Below are positions 1-6,879 of a stretch of DNA of 10,329 nt, one piece after another. The stretch comes from Candidatus Iainarchaeum sp. (GTDB lineage Archaea; Iainarchaeota; Iainarchaeia; Iainarchaeales; JAFCCJ01). Under the pieces are notes generated by a model, which was given only the letters and a program-made list of their open reading frames with translations, searched no databases and was not told where the DNA came from. A program made the position numbers and the translations under genes. The stretch covers positions 1 through 10,329 of the forward strand of contig JBDRHK010000016.1 in assembly GCA_043816965.1 (NCBI GenBank), read 5' to 3'. The first letter of the stretch is position 1. Each line of letters starts with the position of its first letter.

Positions 1-1
1 A

Positions 2-835
2 CTCTCGGCGTTCAGCACATTTTTCCTCAAGGACACAGGCCATCCTGAATTGGGGACAATTGGCCCGATAGATTTTGTTGCGAGGTTTGCGGAAAATGTT
101 CACTTTTACTTTTTCAAATCAATTCCGGAAACCTTATTTTCTCCGCTTGATGCTGTCGCATGGTTTGCCCAGAATCCGTTGCTTGAATTAATCGGAATTG
201 CAATCACCCTGATTTTTATTTTCGGACTGTTTTCCGAGGCAAAAAAGAAAATCACCCTGATTGAAATCTACACAATCATTTACCTCCTAATGATTCTATC
301 CTGGGGCTATTATGATTCAGGTGCTGTAAACAGATTCCTTTACCCTGTGCTCCCTTTCATTTTCCTTTACTTTGTGCAGGGAATTATAATTCTGCTGGAA
401 AATTTTAAGAAGCAAATAAAACCCCTAACTCCTGAAAAAGCTTTGGCATATCTTCTGATTTTAATTATTGCCGCGAGTTTGGCTTCGGATGTTTATTACA
501 TAGGCAGCTTGGAGGAAAGGCAGAACAAAACTGAATGGAAAAATTTTCTTATCGCAGCCGATTACATCGACAAAAATATTCCTAAGGATGCAGTAATAAT
601 CGCGAATTTTGACAAGGCCCTTTACCTGCTAACGGGAAACAAAACTTATGGAATGGATGTTTCCTCAGAGGGGGAATTTGGCCAGATTCTTGATAAATGT
701 GGGGCGAAATACGTTCTCCTCACAGATTTCCCTGAAAACGAGGATTTTGTGCTTTTCTGGGAGTTCCGCTATGAGAAAGTTTTTGAGATTCAGGGCAGTG
801 AAACAATGCTTTTTAAGCTTAAAGAGGCTAATTAA
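2..835 (+). CDS. 5'-truncated polytopic membrane protein, probable GT-C fold (ArnT/PMT/GT39-like) glycosyltransferase, C-terminal part
   Basis: The frame is open from the window edge (2: LSAFSTFFLKDTGHPELGTIGP...), so TTG at 50 is probably internal. About four hydrophobic helices include the R-[YF]-x-x-P-x-x-P segment (NRFLYPVLPF) typical of late GT-C helices. A soluble tail follows (AADYIDKNIPKDAVII...GAKYVLL). The glycan-locus context fits. Confidence 0.6.
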   Translation, partial: LSAFSTFFLKDTGHPELGTIGPIDFVARFAENVHFYFFKSIPETLFSPLDAVAWFAQNPLLELIGIAITLIFIFGLFSEAKKKITLIEIYTIIYLLMILSWGYYDSGAVNRFLYPVLPFIFLYFVQGIIILLENFKKQIKPLTPEKALAYLLILIIAASLASDVYYIGSLEERQNKTEWKNFLIAADYIDKNIPKDAVIIANFDKALYLLTGNKTYGMDVSSEGEFGQILDKCGAKYVLLTDFPENEDFVLFWEFRYEKVFEIQGSETMLFKLKEAN

Positions 836-850
836 TCACGGGTTGTTTAA

Positions 851-2122
851 ATGGCTAACGTATGTGTTATAGGGCTGGGGTATGTCGGTTTGCCGCTTGC
901 GATTCTAGCAGCAGAGAAGGGGCATTCTGTTGAGGGAATAGACCTGAATGCGGGAATTGTCAATGCAGTGAACAGCGGGAAAAGCCACATTAAGGATGCC
1001 TTTCTCGAGAGGGAGATGAAAAAGTTGAAGGGCAAGATTTCTGCCTCAACAAAATATGGCGCCATTAAATCATCATCAATAATCCTGGTTTGCGTTCCTA
1101 CCCCTGTTGACGAGAGGAATATACCTGACCTTTCCGCGCTTAAGGCATCCTGCGAATCAGTCGCAGAAAATCTTAAAAAGAACCAATTGGTGATTATTGA
1201 ATCAACTGTTTTCCCAGGCACGACTGAGGAAATTGTTCTCCCGATATTGGAGAAATCCAAATTGAAGGCGGGAAAGGATTTCTTCCTTGCCCACTGCCCT
1301 GAGAGAATTGACCCTGGCAATGAGAAATGGACGATTGAAAAGATTCCCCGCGTGCTGGGGGCGCTCACCGCAAATGGGGCGGCAAAGGCAAAATCATTCT
1401 ACAAATCAATCCTTTCGGCAGAGATTCTGGTTTTGAATTCTGTGAAAGCAGCTGAGGCAGTGAAAGTAACTGAGAATTCTTTTCGTGACATTAACATTGC
1501 CTTCATAAATGAACTTGCAAGGAGTTTCGACCATATGGAAATCGACATTGATGAAGTGATTAAAGGCGCTTCCACCAAGCCATTTGGTTATATGCCATTT
1601 TACCCTGGACCCGGAGTAGGGGGGCACTGCATTCCGGTTGACCCTTATTATTTAATTGAAAAAGCCAGGGAAAAAGGCTTTGAGCACAAGCTGCTATCGC
1701 TTTCAAGGAAGATAAATGATTCAATGCCGCAGTATGTTGTTGAAATCCTGCTGAAGGCACTGGGGGAAAATAAAATAACAAAACAGAATGCGGCAATTTC
1801 GGTTCTAGGGGTTGCCTATAAGGCGGACATTGACGACGCAAGGGAAAGCCCCTCCCTGCAGATTATTAAGGAACTGAACCTGAAAGGAATCCAGCCTAAA
1901 ATTTATGACCCATTTCTTCCGAGGTACAGCAACATCAGTTCTTTAGATGAGGCACTAAATGCAGATGCAATAATCCTCGTCACAAATCACCGGCAGTTCT
2001 CATCCCTCACTGCGAAAAAACTGGCGCAGAAAAAGGTGAAAGTTGTAATTGATACAAGAAATTTTTTGGACAAGGAAAAAATAATTGCAGCCGGAATGCT
2101 CTACAAAGGAATAGGTCGTTGA
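851..2122 (+). CDS. Nucleotide-sugar 6-dehydrogenase, UDP-N-acetylhexosamine dehydrogenase subgroup (WecC/WbpA/TviB-like)
   Basis: 423 aa. Motifs: Rossmann VIGLGYVG, CVPTP, IIESTVFPGTT, HCPERIDPG, AEAVKVTENSFRDINIAFINE, catalytic Cys in PGPGVGGHCIPVDP, and GVAYKADIDDARESP. The exact substrate (ManNAc, GlcNAc or GalNAc) cannot be resolved by eye. Confidence 0.93.
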   Translation: MANVCVIGLGYVGLPLAILAAEKGHSVEGIDLNAGIVNAVNSGKSHIKDAFLEREMKKLKGKISASTKYGAIKSSSIILVCVPTPVDERNIPDLSALKASCESVAENLKKNQLVIIESTVFPGTTEEIVLPILEKSKLKAGKDFFLAHCPERIDPGNEKWTIEKIPRVLGALTANGAAKAKSFYKSILSAEILVLNSVKAAEAVKVTENSFRDINIAFINELARSFDHMEIDIDEVIKGASTKPFGYMPFYPGPGVGGHCIPVDPYYLIEKAREKGFEHKLLSLSRKINDSMPQYVVEILLKALGENKITKQNAAISVLGVAYKADIDDARESPSLQIIKELNLKGIQPKIYDPFLPRYSNISSLDEALNADAIILVTNHRQFSSLTAKKLAQKKVKVVIDTRNFLDKEKIIAAGMLYKGIGR

Positions 2123-2124
2123 AA

Positions 2125-2805
2125 ATGAAGGAATTTATAACTGTTGCAAAATACATTCCCATTTACTTATGGTTTTTCTTTAAGGAGATTTTCCTAAGAG
2201 TAATTGGGCGGAAAAAGGAAGCTTTCAAATTGATGATTGAAAGAGACTCTTTTATCCCGCGGAACACTCCTGTTGAATTGTTGGACCTGTCCGATAAAAA
2301 GGGCAAAATCTCAGTTTTTGACATAGGTTGTGGAGATGGCGGGCTGTTGGAAGAGGTAAAGAAAAGAGGGTGCTTGGGTGTTGGGGTCGAACTCTCTCAC
2401 TTACGTTGCAAAAAGGCAAGGAAGCACGGCAAAATATATGAAGGTGATTTTCTTGAACAGGACATTAAGGAGAAATTTGATGTGGTAATTGCTTCAGGAG
2501 TGTTGGAACACATGCCGGCTCCAAATGCTGCCCTGCAGAAGATAAAGAAATTGATGAAAAAGGATGCTGTTTTGGTTATAATGGTTCCTAACGATGAGGC
2601 CTGGGAAAGAAGGAGGAGAGCAAATCCCTTGGAATGGTGGAAAATAATTGCATACCACGGTTACCATATGGAGAATATTGATTTGGAAAGAGCAAAAAAG
2701 CTCCTTTCAGATAATGGTTTCAAAATAGTAAAAATTAATAACAATTATTTTGCCAATTCGGATGAGGTTTCTCTCTGGGATATAGTCGCGGAGGTAAAAC
2801 AATGA
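2125..2805 (+). CDS. Class I SAM-dependent methyltransferase
   Basis: Motif I VFDIGCGDG, acidic residue in GVE, FDVVIASGVLEH and VPN. Start is ATG 2125 or TTG 2119; the latter overlaps the upstream stop. Confidence 0.88.
   Translation: MKEFITVAKYIPIYLWFFFKEIFLRVIGRKKEAFKLMIERDSFIPRNTPVELLDLSDKKGKISVFDIGCGDGGLLEEVKKRGCLGVGVELSHLRCKKARKHGKIYEGDFLEQDIKEKFDVVIASGVLEHMPAPNAALQKIKKLMKKDAVLVIMVPNDEAWERRRRANPLEWWKIIAYHGYHMENIDLERAKKLLSDNGFKIVKINNNYFANSDEVSLWDIVAEVKQ
2790..2795 (+). promoter_or_regulatory. Shine-Dalgarno site GGAGGT for the second methyltransferase
   Basis: GGAGGT lies 6 nt upstream of ATG 2802, which forms an ATGA overlap with the previous stop (translational coupling). Confidence 0.7.
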
Positions 2806-3635
2806 ATTCTAAGAATCTGCAGGATTTAAAAAAAACAGGAGAGCGGATGATTCCTAAGAATTTCGAATCCGAGGCGGAGTACCTAATTTTCTTACAGCAT
2901 TTGTTTGCTTATGAATTTGTGGAAGGTAAAATTTCAGAAAATAGCTTTGTATTGGAAGTGGGTTGTGGTGAGGGTTATGGTACAAGCCTTCTGTCAAAAA
3001 AAGCAAAAAGAATTATTGGCCTGGATGTAGATAAGGATACGATTGGGCATGCATCCCGAAAATATGGTTCAGAAAAATGTATTTTTAAGGCCTATGCTGG
3101 AAAAAGACTCCCCTTTGATAACAATACTTTTGATTTTGTTATTTCTTTCCAGGCAATCGAACATGTTCAGGATGATTTAAATTTCGTTTCCGAAATTCAT
3201 AGGGTTTTGAATAAAAAAGGGATCTTTTTTGTCACTACTCCTAATAGTGTGCACAGGCTAAAACCAGGCCAAAAGCCCTGGAATAGGTTTCATGTTAGGG
3301 AATATAGTCCTAGTGAGTTTGAAAATCTTCTGAAAAACAGATTTTCAAATGTGGACTTGAGAGGAATTCGCGGCAAGGGACAAGTTCAGAAAATATCTTT
3401 AGAAAGGGTAAAACAAAATCAAAAAATAGTTTCTCTTGACCCCCTGAACCTGAGACAACTAATTCCCGAATCGATAAAACCTGCAATAATCAAATTATTG
3501 AGAAAAATTACTAATAAAAAGTCAAAGAAACAAAGCAAAATGGAATTTATTGGAAAATATAGTACTGATGATTATTATATAATCGAAATTGATATTGATA
3601 ATAGCTTGGATTTGTTAGGAAGCTGTAAAAAATAG
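2802..3635 (+). CDS. Class I SAM-dependent methyltransferase, TGER-motif (Rv3030-like) putative glycan O-methyltransferase
   Basis: TGERMIP, HLFAY, VLEVGCGEGYG, GLD, FDFVISFQAIEH, TTPN and NRFHVREY. Has an ATGA overlap and an SD site. Confidence 0.9.
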   Translation: MNSKNLQDLKKTGERMIPKNFESEAEYLIFLQHLFAYEFVEGKISENSFVLEVGCGEGYGTSLLSKKAKRIIGLDVDKDTIGHASRKYGSEKCIFKAYAGKRLPFDNNTFDFVISFQAIEHVQDDLNFVSEIHRVLNKKGIFFVTTPNSVHRLKPGQKPWNRFHVREYSPSEFENLLKNRFSNVDLRGIRGKGQVQKISLERVKQNQKIVSLDPLNLRQLIPESIKPAIIKLLRKITNKKSKKQSKMEFIGKYSTDDYYIIEIDIDNSLDLLGSCKK

Positions 3636-3645
3636 TTAGTTTTTT
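3630..3645 (+). repeat. Copy 1 of a 16-nt junction motif AAATAGTTAGYTTTTT
   Basis: AAATAGTTAGTTTTTT spans the TAG stop of the second methyltransferase. It is 15/16 identical to the reverse complement of 9747-9762. Confidence 0.55.
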
Positions 3646-3672
3646 GTAGGATCTAAATTTACGAGGGAAAAA

Positions 3673-4611
3673 ATGAACTGGAAAAAATTATTTCCAATAA
3701 TTGGAATCACACTTTTCATTTATATTCTTTTTTCCGTAGGTTTGGATAGGACAATATCCGCATTTCTGACAGCAGACCTTTTTTTTCTCTTATTCGTCCT
3801 TCTACTTGTAATTCCAACAATGCTCATTCAAACCTTCAAATGGGATTTTCTCCTGAAAAACCAGGGAATTAAGTTGCCTTTTTGGTATCTTTTTAAGGTT
3901 TATTGGATTGGTTTGTTTTATGGTGCAATAACTCCTGGGAAAGTAGGGTCCCTAATTCGGATATCATACATCAAAGAAAAGACAGGAAAGAATTTTGGTG
4001 AGGCCTCACAATCAGTAATTCTTGATAGGTTAATGGATTTCTTTCCACTTTTTCTTCTTGCCTTGATTGGAGTAATTCTTTTGGCTGACTATTTCATTGA
4101 CCTTGTTTACCTTTTCATAGTTTCAGCATTTATATTGGTTTTTATTTTCTGGTTCTTTCTCGACAAAGAGAGGAGCAAGATGACATTAGGATTTCTACAC
4201 GCGAAGGTAATTCCGGAAAAACTGAAGGGAAAGAGTAGAGAATCATTCCACGCCTTCTACAGAAACCTCCCCTCAAAAAGAAAATTATTAGTTTCCTTTT
4301 TACTTTCCTTTCTGGCTTGGATCTTTCTATTGTTTCAGAGCTGGCTGATTTCCCAGGCATATGGGTTCAATGTTCCGTTTTTTACTTTCATTTTCATCTT
4401 GCCTATTGCTGGAGTGATTGCAATGATTCCTATAACTGTAAATGGCCTTGGGACAAGGGAGGCGACATTAATTTTCATTTTTGCGGTTTTCGGGGTTTCG
4501 GCTGAAACAGTAATCGCATTCTCAATCCTTAATTTCCTTTACACAGAGGGAATAGGCCTTTTTGGCTGGTTCATCTCCCTTGGCGGCGGAGGAATCAAGA
4601 AAGCTATTTAA
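3673..4611 (+). CDS. UPF0104/AglD2 family (lysylphosphatidylglycerol synthase TM region) flippase-like membrane protein
   Basis: 312 aa with about 8 hydrophobic helices. Family motifs: KWDFLL, ITPGKVGSLIRI, SVILDRLMD and IPITVNGLGTREA. GAGGG lies upstream of the ATG. Confidence 0.88.
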   Translation: MNWKKLFPIIGITLFIYILFSVGLDRTISAFLTADLFFLLFVLLLVIPTMLIQTFKWDFLLKNQGIKLPFWYLFKVYWIGLFYGAITPGKVGSLIRISYIKEKTGKNFGEASQSVILDRLMDFFPLFLLALIGVILLADYFIDLVYLFIVSAFILVFIFWFFLDKERSKMTLGFLHAKVIPEKLKGKSRESFHAFYRNLPSKRKLLVSFLLSFLAWIFLLFQSWLISQAYGFNVPFFTFIFILPIAGVIAMIPITVNGLGTREATLIFIFAVFGVSAETVIAFSILNFLYTEGIGLFGWFISLGGGGIKKAI

Positions 4612-4634
4612 AATATGGCATAAGACAAATATTT

Positions 4635-4640
4635 AGGAGG
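4635..4640 (+). promoter_or_regulatory. Shine-Dalgarno site AGGAGG
   Basis: AGGAGG lies 6 nt upstream of ATG 4647. Confidence 0.75.
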
Positions 4641-4646
4641 AATATT

Positions 4647-5123
4647 ATGGCTAAGAAAATTTCCGGAAAAAAATTGGCGAGAAATGATGAGCAGAAAGGC
4701 GTTCTCTTTGAGGATGTGAAGAGATTTGCAGACGATAGAGGTGTATTCATAAACGTTGCGTTCGAAGCGGCAAATGATGTGACCTTCAAAAGAAGTTACA
4801 TAATTACAAACAACCAGCCAGGGGTTGTAAGGGCATTCCACGGCCACAAAAAGGAGGCTAAACTTTTCTATGTTCCCCAGGGGGCATTCAAATTCATAGT
4901 AATGGATATGGAAAGTAATGAATGGAAGGAATACGTCCTTTCAGAAGCAGTTCCAAAAATCCTTTACGTTTCTCCAGGTTACTATAATGGCTTTGTTTCT
5001 CTCACCGAGGATGCATTGCTGGTGACATATTCCAGCTCAAAGATGGAGGAATCTGTTAAGGACGATTTCAGGCTGCCCTATGATACATTGGGAAATGAAG
5101 TATGGAGTATAATGAGCAGGTGA
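4647..5123 (+). CDS. NDP-4-keto-sugar cupin: RmlC/SpsL-like 3,5-epimerase family, with FdtA-like features
   Basis: 158 aa. Motifs: FADDRG, KRSYII, PGVVRAFHGHKKEAKL, LYVSPGYYNGF and C-terminal DDFRLPYD...W...R. Strong RBS. Confidence 0.8.
   Translation: MAKKISGKKLARNDEQKGVLFEDVKRFADDRGVFINVAFEAANDVTFKRSYIITNNQPGVVRAFHGHKKEAKLFYVPQGAFKFIVMDMESNEWKEYVLSEAVPKILYVSPGYYNGFVSLTEDALLVTYSSSKMEESVKDDFRLPYDTLGNEVWSIMSR
5118..5123 (+). promoter_or_regulatory. AGGTGA ribosome-binding site overlapping the cupin stop codon
   Basis: AGGTGA includes the TGA of the cupin and sits 4 nt before ATG 5128. A GGTGA-type SD is common in archaea. Confidence 0.5.
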
Positions 5124-5127
5124 AGTG

Positions 5128-6825
5128 ATGAAAGTTATTGTAACCGGCGGACTTGGCTATGTTGGAAGAGTTCTTCTCGAAGAACTCAAAAAGGAAAAGA
5201 TTGAGGCAGTGGTTATAGACAACAATTTGTTCAATCTCGCCAGTCCTAAGGACAAATACATAAACTGCGATGTCCTTGACAAGGGAAGGCTGGAAGATGT
5301 TTTTGAGGAAAATGCAAAGGATGCAAATGCAGTAATCCATCTTGCAGCGATTGTAGGGGACCATGCCTGTCTTGCAGATACGAGGAAGGCGATAGAGGTT
5401 AACTGTGCAGGGACAAGGAATGTTGTTGAACTTGCAAACAAGCACAAGCTTAAGGTTTTCCTTGCAAGCACATGCTCCCTCTATGGTGCGGAGCAGTGCT
5501 CGATGGACAAGCCGCTTACCGAGGATTCGCACACCTTTCCTGTTGATTTTTACGGCCAGACAAAGTATCAGCAGGAGAGGTTTGTCACAGAACTTGCAAA
5601 GGATTTCTGCGTTTTAAGGCTTGGAACCGCCTACGGCCTTTCACCGAGAATGCGTTATGATTTGGTGATTAACCTTTTCTCTGCAAAGGCCGCTCATAAT
5701 GAGCCAATTATCGTTTACGGAGGAACTCAGTACAGGCCATTTACACATATAAGGGACATTGCGCGGGCCTTTGTCCATACGCTTAATAAATGCCTTAAGG
5801 GAGTTTACAACCTTTCAGGGGAAAATGTTGCGTTAAAGGATGTTGCAATGGACATAAGCAAGAAATATGGAATCAAGGCAGAGGTTACTGAATTAATTCA
5901 GGATCCGAGGAATTACATTGTCGATAACAAGAAATTGTGCGGCACAGGATTTGAGTTCAAGTGGAATCTTGAAAAGGGAATTGATGAGATGGTCAAATTC
6001 TCTAAAGAACAGGATTATAACGAGGACGTTTACAACAACAGGAAATTAATGCAGGCACTTCATCTTGATGAGGGCAAAATTCTCATTACTGGTGGTGATG
6101 GAAGGCTGGGGGGAGCCTGCAAGAAAATAATGCCTGATGCACAATACACTGGGAGAAAGCAATTAGACTTACAGGATGGGGCAAGTATTGAAAATTATTT
6201 CAAGAACCACAAAATTGAAACAGTAATCCATCTTGCGGCATTTACTGGAATTCCTCCCTGTGAGAGTGACATTCCCAAGGCATATGATGTGAATGTTGAA
6301 GGCACAAGAAGGATTCTTGATGCTGCCAAAAGGCACGGGGTTAAATATTTCATCTATCTTAGCACTGCCTGTGTTTTTCCAGGCACAGACGGGGAAAAGA
6401 TGGAGGATGAGGATTCAATTCCCTATCCGAAGCATTTCTACGGCCTTAGCAAGCTGATGGGGGAGGAAATAACAAAAAGCTATAACTCCCATGAAATGCA
6501 GACAACGGTTGCAAGAACCAACTTTACCACAATGCCTTGGGAGTATCCAAAGGCATTTACCGACAGGTTTGGAACATATCTTTTTGCTCAGGGAGTCGCA
6601 AAAGGCCTGAAGGATTTAGTGGTTTACAGGCCAAAGAATCAGGTTATTCATGTCTGTGGCGACAGGAAAATTTCGATGTATGAGTATGCAAAGGTCGGCG
6701 GGAGCAAGGTGGAACCAATGACAATGGCGGATTACAACGGTCCGCCACTTACAAAAAACATGTGCCTTACAAGCAAATGCTGGAAGCTCTATCGTTTGGA
6801 AGACAGCGATTATAAAGATTCCTGA
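5128..6825 (+). CDS. Tandem double extended-SDR fusion: N-terminal NAD-dependent epimerase/dehydrogenase family domain plus C-terminal RmlD-like reductase domain
   Basis: One uninterrupted frame (GTG 5125 or ATG 5128) carries two complete SDR motif sets. Domain 1: TGGLGYVG, VIHLAA, STCSLYG, YGQTK, SPRMRYDLVIN. Domain 2 (from about 6076): ILITGGDGRLG, VIHLAAFT, VNVEGT, STACVFPG, YGLSK. Confidence 0.9.
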   Translation: MKVIVTGGLGYVGRVLLEELKKEKIEAVVIDNNLFNLASPKDKYINCDVLDKGRLEDVFEENAKDANAVIHLAAIVGDHACLADTRKAIEVNCAGTRNVVELANKHKLKVFLASTCSLYGAEQCSMDKPLTEDSHTFPVDFYGQTKYQQERFVTELAKDFCVLRLGTAYGLSPRMRYDLVINLFSAKAAHNEPIIVYGGTQYRPFTHIRDIARAFVHTLNKCLKGVYNLSGENVALKDVAMDISKKYGIKAEVTELIQDPRNYIVDNKKLCGTGFEFKWNLEKGIDEMVKFSKEQDYNEDVYNNRKLMQALHLDEGKILITGGDGRLGGACKKIMPDAQYTGRKQLDLQDGASIENYFKNHKIETVIHLAAFTGIPPCESDIPKAYDVNVEGTRRILDAAKRHGVKYFIYLSTACVFPGTDGEKMEDEDSIPYPKHFYGLSKLMGEEITKSYNSHEMQTTVARTNFTTMPWEYPKAFTDRFGTYLFAQGVAKGLKDLVVYRPKNQVIHVCGDRKISMYEYAKVGGSKVEPMTMADYNGPPLTKNMCLTSKCWKLYRLEDSDYKDS

Positions 6826-6879
6826 CTCATGAAATATTTCTCATTTAAAAAATGAATTTTTATAATCAGGCGGGCGAGA

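Noticed and set aside
50..52. TTG start given by the ORF track for the first gene
   Set aside because: The frame is open to the window edge and no RBS precedes it, so the gene is simply truncated.
812..823. 12-nt palindrome TTTAAGCTTAAA near the end of the first gene
   Set aside because: It is a single AT-rich instance within coding sequence (FKLK), plausible by chance.
847..1841. Antisense ORFs 847-1368, 1406-1627 and 1560-1841
   Set aside because: They are shadows of the well-conserved dehydrogenase and show no motifs.
2828..2835. A8 tract near the 5' end of methyltransferase 2 (also T8 at 3779-3786 and G6 at 6108-6113) as phase-variation sites
   Set aside because: The tracts are short, expected in AT-rich Lys/Phe-rich coding DNA, and all frames are intact.
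4142..5617. Short alternative-frame and antisense ORFs over the flippase, cupin and fusion genes
   Set aside because: They overlap confident genes and have no recognisable protein features.
5128..6060. Calling domain 1 of the fusion RmlB and the block a standard rmlCBD operon
   Set aside because: It lacks the Asp-Glu dehydratase pair (STCS rather than STDE) and other RmlB signatures, and no rmlA is present.
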